Part shown: one piece after another, positions 49,730 through 64,000 of the stretch
How the letters are laid out: each line of letters starts with the position of its first letter
How positions within the stretch are numbered: the first letter of the stretch is position 1
Assembly (NCBI RefSeq): GCF_009914755.1
Contig: NC_060947.1
DNA: 64,000 nt
Reading direction: 5' to 3' (one strand)
From: the human T2T-CHM13v2.0 reference genome, Homo sapiens
The notes under the pieces: model-generated
Seen by the model: only the letters and a program-made list of their open reading frames with translations
The model's database searches: none
Told to the model about the DNA's origin: nothing
Translations under genes and position numbers: made by a program

Positions 49730-50250
49730 ATAATGGAAAATACTATTTATGGAATGCTAACTAGTGAGAGTGTACTAAGTGTTTTAATATAAATTTATAT
49801 GTATGTATATATACATACACACACACATACACACACACACATATATATATATATGTATATATCTCTTACAAAACACTGTAAGGTAGAGATTATTACTATC
49901 TTCTTTTTTTTTTAGAGAGTCTCGCTGTGTCGCCCAGGCAGGAGTGCTGTGGCACGGTCGGCTCACTGCAAACTCTGCCTTTCTAGTTCAAGTGATTCTC
50001 CTGCCTCAGCCTCCCGAGTAGCCGGGATTACAGGCACATTCCACCACACCCCGCTAATTCTCGAATTCCTGACCTCAGGTGATCCGCCTGGCTCCACCTC
50101 CCAAAGTGTTGGGATTACAGGCATGAGCTACCATGCCCAGCCTACTATCTTCATTTTAAATATGAAGAGAGTTAAGAGACGTTAAGAAATTTGTCAAGAG
50201 ACAGATCTGGAATCACAACCCAGGTCAGTTTGACTGAAAACTTTGTGCCT
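49730..50250 (-). mobile_element. MIR interrupted by a (TA/CA)n microsatellite and an Alu
   Basis: aacactgtaaggtagagattattactatc, then the Alu, then cattttaaatatgaagagagttaagagacgttaag. Confidence 0.65.
49904..50142 (-). mobile_element. AluS with an internal deletion of about 50 bp
   Basis: The junction gctaatt|ctcgaattcctgacc removes the A-rich linker and adjacent left-arm sequence; TSD tactatcttc (49894-49903, 50143-50152). Confidence 0.85.
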
Positions 50251-50403
50251 TGTTATGCCGTATTTTAGAGGGACATATATTTTCTCAATAAATTCCCTAA
50301 AGCTTTACGAATGGTATAATAGAAGTATGTCCAGTGGGGCATAAGAGGGCATTTAAAAAATGACTCTTGGGGAGTTAGAGAGATAGTAAGGGACTGGAAC
50401 AGA

Positions 50404-50476
50404 TTTTTTTTTTTTTTTGTAGGAAGCCTTATTGGGATTAAATCAGGAGACCTTATCCAATTGAACTAACAAGCTC
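50404..50476 (-). pseudogene. Degenerate tRNA-like (Ile-AAT-like) retrocopy or tRNA-SINE head
   Basis: The minus strand reads gagcttgttagttcaattggataaggtctcctgatttaatccc followed by A15. It has an A-box-like and a weak B-box-like motif; the anticodon arm is missing. Confidence 0.35.
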
Positions 50477-50587
50477 AAACTGACAGCTGAGAAAAAGTTC
50501 ATCTTTGGAGTCATCTAAAAGACAAGCTTCAGAAAGAATACAATAGATTCAAACTCACAAAGCAGTTCAGGATGAGCATGAACTAGA

Positions 50588-50923
50588 CCTGTGTTATCCA
50601 GTATAGTAGCCACTAGCTATTAATATATATGGCTGGTATGCACTTGGAATGTGGCTAGTGGAAATACAGGTGTTTGGTAAGTGTAAAATACACACAGGGT
50701 TTCAAAGATAGTACAAGAAAAAAGAACACAAAATATTTCATTAATAATTGATATCAATTATATGTTGAAATTATAATATTCTGGTATTATGAGAAACAAA
50801 AATATTATTTAAATGAGTGTTTCCAGTTTGTTTTTACTTTATTTAATATGACTACTAGAATATTTAAAATTACACATATGTAACTGCATTTATGGCTTAT
50901 GTTATATTTCTTGAATAATGCTG
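50588..50923. mobile_element. MER33 (hAT-Charlie MITE)
   Basis: gtagccactagc...aatgtggctagtg...gtgtaaaatacacac...tttaatatgactactagaatatttaaaattac. Confidence 0.8.
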
Positions 50924-52156
50924 GATTAGAGTTTCTTTTCCTGACCTCTAAAACCAAGAGCAGTTTAGATTTGTATCCTTAATTTTAATCCAGAAAGAAA
51001 ACAGCATTTGGACATGCCGTTTCAGCATTCACTAGCTACTTTGTTCAGTAGCTGGCAAATCATCAACATTCTTCAATCATCACTATACTAAATCTAAACT
51101 CCTTCAGGATAGGTATTGGGTCTTAATTTTCATCAGAAGTGCTTAACCCAATGCCTTACACATAGTGTCATGCAATAAATGTTGGGTGAATGACTTAAAA
51201 CACTTTAGCTCAGCCATGGAGTATGATTTCTTTATCAACAAACATTGTGGAACAACTTAATTATTTTAACAAATTTTTCTCTCTTTTAAAAGAATCATCA
51301 TAGTAAGCTCTACATTTACTACAACAAACAATACTTCTGCTGTTTATGACCATTTTGAATCTCCTGTTGTGGACCTGCTCTCTCAATCTGTTGGAGTATT
51401 ACAATGGATATTCTCAATAGCAGCATAACTTTGAACTTGAAGGCTAGATTAATAGAGTAACAGAGCTTTTAAAGGCCAAGGCTCTCAAAAAAGTTAAAGC
51501 CTCTTTCCTCTTTCCTGAGCATCATTTCTCTCATAGCAAGTTTCCTTCTACTTTTTACAAATCTGTAGTAACTTATTTTGACAGACAAGTCAAAGCCAAA
51601 AAAGGAATGGACCCAGTCAGTTTTCTGTGTCAAATTAGCTACATGGCAATTCAGTGAATCCTCATCTTTTGCTCTTACTTTAAGCATGGATTCTAGTTTT
51701 GAAAATTAACAAGTATGGCACTGATACTGAATCATCGGAATAGTCCCTAGAATAGTTTCTGTAAGCCAAAATGGCTGTACCTGTGCTTGGCTCCAAGTAC
51801 AACCAAAACAAACAAAAAATAGTATTTTCTACGTTTAATATTTTTTAAACCTTTGGTGCCACTCTTTTGTATTTGTCCTTATATATGAGCATTTCCTCCA
51901 ATTTAGAAAAATATTTTTTAAAATAGAAGCTCATTGTAAGTTTTTCTGCATAGATACATAACTTCCTTCTTTTCTTCTTTACTAGGATCAATAGAAAAAG
52001 TGTTGTATTTTATGGCTGTCTTGAAGAGAATTTCTGGACACCTGTTCTGGCATGCTTCCACCCATCTTTAAGGAATGTGATTCTCAGTTTGAACTGGTTA
52101 AAACTTTGAAGCTAGCAGGCAGTTGGGGACAGTGACTTTGTCCACAACAAATCCTA

Positions 52157-52551
52157 TATATTAGTCAGCTCAGGCCACCATAACGAGATACCACAGACTA
52201 GGTGGTTTATACAACAAACTTTATTTTCTCTCAGTTTTGGAGGCTGGAAGTCCAAGATCGAAATTCCCTAGTGTTACTTTCCAGTAAGACCTTGCTCTTT
52301 CTGGCTTTCAGATGGCTGTTTTCACATTGTTTTCATTTGTGTGTACAGAGAGAGAGAGAGAGATCCTTGATCTCTGGTGTTTCTGCCCCTTCTTATAAGA
52401 ATACCAGACCTATTGGATCAAGACTTCACTCTTATAATCTCATTTAAGCTCAGTTACCTCCTTAATGGCCCTATCTCCAAATACAGTCACATTGGGGGTT
52501 AAGACTTTAACATGAATTTGGGGTAGGAAGGACACATTTCAGCCTATAACA
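52157..52551 (-). mobile_element. MLT1A-type solo LTR
   Basis: ataccacagactaggtgg...ggaggctggaagtccaagatc...ccctatctccaaatacagtcacattggggg...cagcctataaca. Confidence 0.85.
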
Positions 52552-55500
52552 TTCTGGATGGGAGCATCATGACTGTTGTGATAGGTGCTTCCTGGCATTA
52601 TGCTAAAATATGGACATGCTGCTTTCCTCACTGCAACATTCCTTTTTTAATCAAAGTAAAAACTTTTCTAGAAAACAGAAAGCTGCACCCACCTTCCCCT
52701 CCAGAAGCAAACCAAGTTATCAACTATCTACAGAGAAAAAACACCTCCATAAGAACTAAATATTAGGTGAGCACTCACTGTATCTGGTGTTAACTTCATA
52801 TCACAGAAAGGCACTGAAGAGATAGAAAAAACAGTCCTGAATCACAGACGCTACCCCTCCCCTACCACAGGTAGGGGAGACATAGTGTGGAGAGTATCTT
52901 TGGGTGCTGGAGAAGAAAGAACACAGCAATTGTGAGGCATCAAACTCCGTGCTGTTCTGCTAGAGCAGAAAGGAAAACCAGACCAAACTCAGCTGATGCC
53001 CATCCACAGAAGGAGCATTTAAGCCAGCCCTAGCCAGAAGGAAATCCCTGATTCCAGTCGGCAGAACTTGAGTGCACGCAAATCTTGCCACTGAGGGCCA
53101 AAGTGCTCTCAGTCTCTAAGTAAATTTGACAGGCAATGTAGGCCATAAGCACTGTAACTCTTAGGTGAGTCCCAGGGCTAAACAAGGACCAGGGACAGTG
53201 GACTAGGGAGGCAAATGGCATTCTGAAATACCAGATGGGGCAGCCAATGTAGTTCTGGCATCACTCATCCCCTAACCCAACGCTTCACAGCTCACGGCTC
53301 CAAAAAAGGCCCCTTCCTTCCACTTAAGGAGAGGAGAGGGAAGAGTGGGGAGGAATTTGTCTGGTGTCTTGGATACCAGCTCAGCCACAGCAGGATAGGG
53401 CACCTGTCAGACTCACAAGTTCCTGATTCCAAATCCTAGCTCCCAGACAACATTTCTAGACACACCCTGGGCCAGAAAGGAACCCATTGCCTTAAAAGGA
53501 AGAATCCAGCATTCTGCCAGCATTCATCACCTGCTAACTGGAGAGCCTTTGGGCCCTGAATAACCAGCAGCAATACCCAGGTACTACACAGAGGGCCTTG
53601 GTAAGCCTCTGAGACATGCAGGATTCAGGTGAGACTCAGCACCCTACCAGCTGTCGGGGCTATAGAGCAAAATTCCTTCTGCATCAAAAAAGCAGAGAGA
53701 AAAGTAAAGGGGACTTTATCATGCACCTTAGATACCAACACCACCACAGGAAGACAGAGCACCAAGTGGGGTGCCTGATTCCAGGACTTGACTCTTGGAC
53801 ACTATTTCCAGACCTGCACTGGGCCAGAGAGGAGCCCACTACCCTGAAGAGTGAGTCCCAAGCCAGACAACATTTAGCACAAGCTGACTTAAGAGACCTT
53901 GAGCCTTAAGAAAATGTCATTGGTAGACTGGCAGCACACCTCATGGCCAGGGGTGGCAGTGGCTACAAAATGAGGCATCTCTGCTTTTGGAAACAGGAGG
54001 GATGAGTGGAAAGGACTATATCTTATGGTTTGAATGCCAGCTCAGCTGCAACAAAATGGAACACCAGGTAGACTTCTAAGGTTTTGACTCTAGACCCTGA
54101 CTCCCAGACAGCACTTCTGGACCCACCCAGGGCCTGGGGGACCTTGTCATCCTGAAGGGAAGGACATAGGCCTGGATGGCTTTGCCACCTGCTGAATGTA
54201 CAGCCCCAGGGCCTCGAGCAAACATAGGCTGTAGCCAGGGAGTGATTACTGCAGGCCTTGGGCAAGACCCAGTGCTGTGATAGCTTAAGGTCTGACCCAG
54301 CAGAGTCACAGTGGTGGTGAACTCAAGGGTGGTTGTGCCATTCCACCCCCAGCTTTAGGTGGCTCAGAACAGAGAGAGAGACCCTGTATGTTCTGAGGAA
54401 AGTAAGAGAAGAGAACAAAGGTTTCTGCCTGGTAATCCAGATAATTCTCCTGGATCTTGTCCAAGACCATGAAGGTGGTACCTCTGTGAGCCACAAGAAC
54501 CACAGCACTGGGCTTAGGGTGCCTGCTAAAGCAGAAATAGCTTAAATCACAATACCAAGTTATTTCAAATATCTGGAAAGCCTTCCCAAGAAGGATGGCT
54601 ACAAATAAGACCAGAGAGTGAAGACTAGAATAAATACCTAACTCTTCAATGCACAGATACCAAAGAACATCTACTAGCATCAACACCATCCAGGAAAACA
54701 TGACCTCATCAAATGAACTAAATAAGCCACCAGAGACGAATCCTGGAGAAACAGATATGTGAGCTTTCAGACAGAGAATTCAAAACAGATGTGTTAAGGA
54801 AACAAAAAATTTCAAAGGCAACACAGAGAAGGAATTCAGAATTTATAATTAAAATTAAAAAGAATCAAGTAGAAATTTTTGAGCTGGAAAATGCAATTGG
54901 CATACTGAAGAATGCATCATAGTCCTTTAGTAGCAGAATGCACCAAGCAGAAGAAATAATTAGTAAGCTTGGAGAAAGGCTATTTGAAAATACACAGAGA
55001 AGACAAAAGAAAAAGTAATGAGAAACAATGAAGCACACTTACAGAAGCTATAAAATAAACTCGAAAGGGCAAATCTAAAAGATATTGGCCTATAAGAAGA
55101 GGTAGAGGAAGATATAGGGTTAGAAAATTTATTCAAAAGCATAGTAACAGAGATCTTTCCAAACCCAGAAAAAGATATCAATATCCAAGTACAAGAAAAT
55201 TATAGAACACCAAGAAGATATCTCAAGGCATTTAATAATCAAACTCCCAAAGGTCAAGAATAAAGAAAGGATTCTAAAAGCAGCAAGAGAAAAGAAACAA
55301 ATGACACACAATGGAGCTTCAATACACCTGGCAGCAGGCTTTTCTGTGCAAACATTACAGGCCAGGAGAAAAAGGCATGACATGTTTAAACTGCCAAAAG
55401 GAAAAAAATAAAATTTTACCCTAGAATTGTATAACTGGCAAAAATGTCCTTCAGACACAAAGGAGAAATAAAGACTTTCCCAGACAAACAAAAGCTAAGG

Positions 55501-56718
55501 GATCTCATCAATACCAGAGCAGTCCTACAAGAAGTGCTAAAGAAAGTACATCAATCAGAAAGAAAAGTACATTGATGAGTAATAAATAATCACCTGAAGG
55601 TACAAAACTTACTGGTAATAGTAAGTACAGAGAAAAATAAAGAATACTATAACACTGTAATTGTGGTATATAAATTACTCTTATCCTAAGTAGAAAGACT
55701 TAAGGAAAAACCAGTCAAAAATAATGAATACAACTTTTCAAGACACAGTCAGAACAATAAGACACAAGTAGGAATAACAAAAAGGTAAAAAGCAGGGAGA
55801 TGAGGTTAAGAAGAGTTTTTATTTTTTTCTTTTTGCTTGCTTACTTACTTGTTTGTTTATGCAAACAGTGTTAAGTTTTTATCAAGTTAAAATAATGGGC
55901 TATAAAATATTATTTTCAGGACTCGCAGTAACTTCAAACCAAATAATATACAATAGATACACAAAAATAAAAAGAAAGAAACTAAATAATATTACCAGAG
56001 AAAATCATCTTCATTAAAACAATGGAAGGAAGGAAAGAAAAAAGTAAGAGAAGGCCACAAAGCAACCAGAAAACACATAACAAAGTGGCATGAGTAAGTT
56101 CTTATTAACAATAATAGTATTCAATGTAAAAAACTAAATTCTCTAATCAAAAGACATACACTGGCTGAATAAATGAAAAAACAAGACCCATTGATCTATT
56201 GCCTACAAGAAACACACTTCACCTATGAAGACCCACATAGACTGAAAATAAAGAAATAGAAAAAGATAGTCCATGCCAATGGAGAGCAAAAATGGGCAGG
56301 AGTCACGGTATTTATATCAGACAAAATAAATTCCAAGACAAAAACTATAAGAGGAGACAAACAAGGTCACTATACAATGATAAAGGGGTCAGTTCAGTAA
56401 GAGGACATAAAAATTTTAATATATATCCACTCAACACTGAAGCACCCAGATATAAAAAGGAAATATTAGAGCCAAACAGAGAGGCCCCAATACATTAATA
56501 GCTGGGGACCTTGACACTCTACTTTCAGCATTGCACAGATCTTCCAGACAAAGAATCAACACAGAAACATCAGATTTGGTCTGCAATACAAACCAAATGG
56601 GACTAATACATGTTTACAAAACATTTCATCCAGTGGTTGCAGAATACACATTCTTTTCCTCAGCACATGGATCATTCTCAAGGACAGAGCATATGTCAGG
56701 TCACAAAACAAATCCTAA

Positions 56719-58282
<1,564 letters not shown>

Positions 58283-59752
58283 TTTCTAGAGACAAATGAT
58301 AATGGAAACATAACATACCAAAACCTATGGGAAACAGAAGCAGCACCACTAAGAGGGGAGTTTATAGGTATAAGGGACATCAAAAAAACAGGAAAAAATT
58401 TCAAATATACAATCTAACGATGCATCTTAAAGAACTAGAAAAGAAAGAGCATGCCAAACCCAAAATTAGTAGAAGAAAAGAAATAATAAACATCAGAGCA
58501 GAAAAGAAATTTAAATAAAAAAATACAAAAGATCAATAAAGCAAAAAGTCAATTTTTTGAAAAGTTAATATTGACAAAGCTTTAGCCAGATTATCTAAGA
58601 AAAAAACAAAAGATCCAAATAAATAAAATCAGAAATGAGAAGGGAGACATTACAAATGAAACTGTAGAAATTCAAGGTTCATTAGTGGCTAACATGAGCA
58701 ACTAAATGCTGATTAATTGGAAAAATAGAGGAGAAATGTATAAATTCCTAGATACACACAACCTACCAGGACTGAACCAGGAAGAAATCCAAACCTGAAC
58801 AGACCAATAACAGGTAATGACATCAAAGCCATAATAAAAAGCCTCTTAGTAAAGAAAAGTTTAGGACCTAATGGCTTCACTGCTGAATTCTACAAAGAAT
58901 TTAAAGAAGAACTAATACCACTCCTACTCAAAGTACTCAGAAGAATAAAGGAGGAGGGAATACTTACAAAGTCATTATACATGGCCAGTATTACCATACT
59001 ACCAAAACCAGACAAAGACAACTTAAAAAAAAAAAAAACTACAGGCCAATATTTACGATGAATACTGATGGAAAAGTCCTCAACAAAATACTAGCAAACT
59101 GAATTCAACAATACATTAGAAAGTTCATTCATCATGACCAAGTGGGATTTATCCCTGGGATAAAAGGATGATTCAACATATACAAATCAATCAATGTAAT
59201 ACATTATACCAAAGAATGAAGGATAAAAACCACATGATCATTTCAACTGATGCTTAAAACGATTTGACCAAATTCAACATTCTTCCATGATAAAAACCCT
59301 CAAAAAACTGAGGATAGAAGGAACATACATGAACATAATAAAAGCCATATATGACAGACACACAGCTAATATCATACTAACTGGGGAAAAACTGAAATCC
59401 TTTCCTCTAATATCTGGAAGATGACCAGGATGCCCACTGCTGTCACTGTAATACAACACAGTACTGGAAGTCCTAGCTAGAGTAATCAGACAAGAGAACG
59501 TGCATCCACATTAGAAAGGAAGAAGTCAAATTATCCATGTCTGCAGATGATATGATTTTGTATTTGGAAAAACCTAAAGGCTCCACAAGAACTGATAAAC
59601 AAATTCAGAGAAGTTGCAGGATACAAAATCAATATACACAATTTAGTAGCATTTCAATATGCCAAAGAGTGAACAATCTGAAAAAGAAATTAAAAAGTAA
59701 TCTCATTTACAATAGTCACACATAAAATTAAATATCTAAGAATAAATCAACC

Positions 59753-60571
59753 TATTTCTCCACATCCTCTCCAGCACCTGTTGTTTCCTGACTTTTTAAT
59801 GATCGCCATTCTAACTGGTGTGAGATGGTATCTCATTGTGGTTTTGATTTGCATTTGTCTGATGGCCAGTGATGATGAGCATTTTTTCATGTGTCTTTTG
59901 GTGGCATAAATGTCTTCTTTTGAGAAGTGTCTGTTCATATCCTTCGCACTTTTACACTGTTGGTGGGACTGTAAACTAGTTCAACCATTGTGGAAGTCAG
60001 TGTGGCGATTCCTCAGGGATCTAGAACTAGAAATACCATTTGACCCAGCCATCCCATTACTGGGTATATACCCAAAGGATTATAAATCATGCTGCTATAA
60101 AGGCACATGCACACGTATGTTTATTGCAGCGCTATTCACAATAGCAAAGACTTGGAACCAACCCAAATGTCCAACAATGATAGACTGGATGAAGAAAATG
60201 TGGCACATATACACCATGGAATACTATGCAGCCATAAAAAATGATGAGCTCATGTCCTTTGTAGGGACATGGATGAAGCTGGAAACCATCATTCTCAGCA
60301 AACTATTGCAAGGACAAAAAACCAAACACCACATGTTCTCACTCATAGGTGGGAATTGAACAATGAGAACACATGGACACAGGAAGGGGAACATCACACA
60401 CCAGGGCCTGTTGTGGGGTGGGGGGAGGGGGGAGGGATAGCTTTAGGAGATATACCTAATGTTAAATGATGAGTTAATGGGTGCAGCACGCCAACATGGC
60501 ACATGTATTTATATGTAACTAAACTGCACGTTGTGCACATGTACCTTGAAACTTAAAGTATAATTAAAAAA
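59753..60571 (+). mobile_element. L1PA4/5 3' end with 5' inversion (twin priming)
   Basis: Inverted part about 59751-59947 and sense part about 59947-60571; 15-bp TSD aagaataaatcaacc (59738-59752, 60572-60586). Confidence 0.9.
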
Positions 60572-62934
60572 AAGAATAAATCAACCAAAGAAGTGAAAGA
60601 TCTCTAAAATGAAAACTACAAAACGCTAATGAAATAAATTGAACAGGACACCAAAAAATGGGAAAATATTTTATGCTCATGAATTGGAAGAATCAATATT
60701 GTTCAAATGTCCATACTTCCCAAAGCAATCTACAGATTCAATGCAATCTCTATCAAAATGCTAATGAAATTCTTCACAGAAGTAAAATAAAACAGTCCTA
60801 TAATTTATGTGGAACCACAAAAGACCCAACATTGCCAAAGCTACCCTAAGCCAAAAGAACAAAACTGGAAGAATCACATGACCTGACTTTAAATTATACT
60901 ACAGAGCTATAGTAAAGAAAACAGCATGGTACTGGCATAAAAACAGACACTTGCACCAATGGAACAGCATAGAGAACCTGGAAACAAATCCATACACCTA
61001 AAGTGAACTCATTTTTGACAAAGATGCCAAGAACATACACTGGGTAAGATACAGTTTCCTCAATGAATGGTGCTGGGAAACTGGATATCCATAGGCAGAA
61101 AAATGAAACTAGACCCCTATCTCTTGCCATATAAAAAATCAAATCAAAATGGATTAAAGACTTAAATGTAAGACCTCAAACTATGAAATGACTACAAAAA
61201 AACATTAGGGAAACTCTCCAGGACATTGGTTTGGGCAAAGATGTATTGAGCAATACTCCACTAACACAGGCAACCAAAACAAAAATGGACAAATAGGATC
61301 ACATCAAGTTCAAAAGCTTCTGCACAGCAAAGGAGACAATCAACAAAGTCAAGAGACAACCCACGGAATGGGAGAAGATATTTAAAACTACCCATCTTAG
61401 AAGGGATTAATAACCACAACATAAAATAATTTCAAACAACTCTATAGAAAAAAAATCTAATAATCCGATCTAATAAAAATAGGCAAGTAACTTGAATAGA
61501 CATTTCTCAAAAGAAGACAATACAAATGGGAAGCAGGCATATAAAAAAGGTGCTCAATATCATCGATTATCAGAGAAATGCAAATCAAACCTACAATGAA
61601 ATATCATCTTGCCCCAGTTAAAAGGGCTTGTATCCAAATGACAGGCAATAACAAATGCTGGCAAGGATGTGGAGAAAAGGGAACCCTAGTATGCTGCTTG
61701 TGGGCATGTAAATTAGTACAGCCACTATGAAGAACAGTTTGGAGGTTCCTCAAAAAACTAAAAACAGACAATCCCCCTGCTGTGTATGTTTCCAAATGAA
61801 AGAAAATCAGTATATCAAAGAGATATCTGCACTCCTATGTTTGTTACAGCACTGTTTACAATAGCTAAGATTGGAAGGAACCTAAGTGTCCATCAACAAA
61901 TGAATGGATAAAGAAATGCACATGTAGACAATGGAGTACTCTTCAGCTATAAAAAGGAATATGATCCAGTTATTTGCAACAACATGGATAGAACTGGAGA
62001 TCATTAAGTTAAGTGAAACAAGCCAGGCACAGAAAGACAAACATCACATGTTCCCACTTATTTGTGGGATCTAAAAATCAAAACAATGAAACTCATGGAC
62101 ATAGAGAAGAGAAGCATGGTTACCAAAGCTGGCAAGAGTAGTGGGGGCAGTGGGGGAGGTGGGGATTAATGGGTACAAAAAATAGAACAAATGAATAAGA
62201 CTTACTATTTGATAACACAACAGGGTGACTCTAATCAATAATATCTTAATGGTACATTTTAAAATTTAAAAAGTGTAATTCAGTTTGCAACTCAATGGAT
62301 AAATTTTTGAGGGAATGGATACTCCATTCTTCATGATGTGCTTATTTCACATTGTATGCCTGTATCAAAACATTTCATGTACCCCATAAATATATACACC
62401 TACTTTGTAACCACAAAAATTAAAAATTAAAGTAATGTAATTTATTTTCTCAAAAGCACAAGCATTTTGACAGTAGAGACTTTGACATGAATAATGCATA
62501 CAATTCTTATGATAATTTAAATAAAAATATGTAGTTATTGTGTTATGAATGCTATCATGATAAGAGATTATAAAGAGAAGTTTAATAAAACCCCATAGGG
62601 ACCAGGTTACAATATTAAATTATTCCAATATAGTATGTCTCCATGATAATGAAGAAAATAACCAAAAATCAAAACCCCAAACAATAAAATACTAAGTGTT
62701 GAACTTAATTATACTACAAGCTGGGGTTTCTGAAGATGCATATTAAAGAGCTTTGAAAAATGCCATATAGGCTCTCCTATTTTCATAGAAGAAATATTGA
62801 TCATTTAGAAACAAATGTTGTCATTGTGCTTAAGTTTGCTTTTACCATCATTGTCACATTTATTAAGTGTTCTAATGTTCAAGGCACTGTTAGATGCTTT
62901 ACAGGACATTGCCTATGACCCCAAAATAATGTAC

Positions 62935-63300
62935 CATGGCACAGTCAATTCAATGTTTTGCCCATTTTAGCAATCAAACCGGATCAAAGCACATTCAGTC
63001 TGATGGATTGCCACGCAATCACTAAGATAGTCCAAACTACCAAATTGACAGTGTCATGGCCAATTGAGTAACTTTGTACAGACTTGGACGTAGAGAAGGC
63101 AAAGCCTCTGATCTTGAGGCAATTACCTTCTAAATCACTAAAACATTATTGTCATAACACCAAATCAAATTGATGATGCATAATGGCACTCAATATTTCT
63201 GGCTCTAGTGGAATGCAAGTATTGTCATATCTCATAAAGCATGGCCAGAAGTGGCCAAGTGTTGAAGGCCCAAACCACAATTAGTTGCTTCAGAAGTTTA
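62935..63300 (-). mobile_element. Possible ancient non-L1 LINE RT remnant (RTE-clade-like)
   Basis: Minus-strand translation SEATNCGL...*SQKY*VPLCI, then QFDLV in another frame and SLY, in the order expected for RTE-type RT motifs; many stops. Confidence 0.3.
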
Positions 63301-63349
63301 AGCTACAATAGAAATAGCCTTACAGATATGCTTGTAGAAATAGTTTTGA

Positions 63350-63570
63350 CCTAAGAGTCAGACAACTTGGAGTAAGGTCACTCTCAGTCATTCACTCAAT
63401 AGATACATAGTGAGTGCTTACTATGTACCCAGGTACAGATCTTGCACAAGTCACTTAATCTCTCAATCCTTGTTTCATTGTATCTAGAACATATATAATA
63501 ATTTCAATAATACCCATCTCACTGTACTATTGGAAGTATCATATGAGGCAATTTATGTGAAAGTTAATTA
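63350..63570 (+). mobile_element. MIR fragment with embedded L2 tail
   Basis: agagtcagacaac...caagtcacttaatctctc...aataatacccatctcac; reverse L2 tail tcattcactcaa...tgagtgcttactatgt. Confidence 0.6.
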
Positions 63571-63599
63571 ATGTTTTGCTTTCTGATTAGTTTTCAAAC

Positions 63600-64000
63600 A
63601 ATCAATTGATCAATAAAATTATGCAAATCTCCACTCCAAAAAACAACTGTTGTTAATATTGTGGTATACTTCCTTCCAGTGTTTTATTTACACTTTTACA
63701 TGATAGCTTTCTGACCTTTCAAAATTTTTTAGATAATAAATACTCTGGAGGGCATTTTTCCCACCATTAAAAATTTGAAAAATGTGATTTTCATAACTAG
63801 AAAATATAGATCTACCATAATTTATTTCACCAAACCCTTGTTGTCAAATATTTAAACAGTGTAATTTTTTGCAGTTTGAATAATGCTGTTATGAACGACT
63901 CTGTATATAAATCATTGTCTCCAGTTCTTATTATTTCCTTAGGCTATATTCTTAGAATTGGAATATATAACCACTAGGTTAAGTGATATAAACCCTTTTG
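63600..64000 (-). mobile_element. Old L1ME-like fragment running off the window
   Basis: taatgctgttatgaac...ttatttccttaggctatattcttagaattggaat. Confidence 0.55.

Overview
This is a 64 kb, AT-rich, CpG-depleted stretch of primate genomic DNA, very likely human because it carries an L1HS pre-Ta element. Most of it is nested transposable elements: L1s of many ages, Alus, L2/MIR, MaLR and ERV LTRs, Tigger1 and hAT DNA transposons. The long ORFs I could assign are L1 ORF2, Tigger1 transposase, MaLR-internal or Alu/L1 antisense read-throughs. I cannot support a host protein-coding gene or a new multi-gene system, and the window reads as an intron or intergenic region. Subfamily names come from remembered consensus diagnostics, not a database search, and boundaries of old elements are approximate. 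The strongest leads are: (1) two inverted young L1s of different subfamilies, 42 kb apart, share two non-consensus variants inside a 159-bp identical tract, suggesting ectopic gene conversion; (2) a twin-primed L1HS pre-Ta insertion keeps an uninterrupted RT-domain ORF; (3) a probable ancient L1MC 3' transduction; (4) a Tigger1 is split by an L1-5'-half plus unique-DNA chimera with a 34-bp overlap; (5) candidate exons in the repeat-poor 46-49.5 kb island; (6) DUX4-type motifs in intact LTRs.
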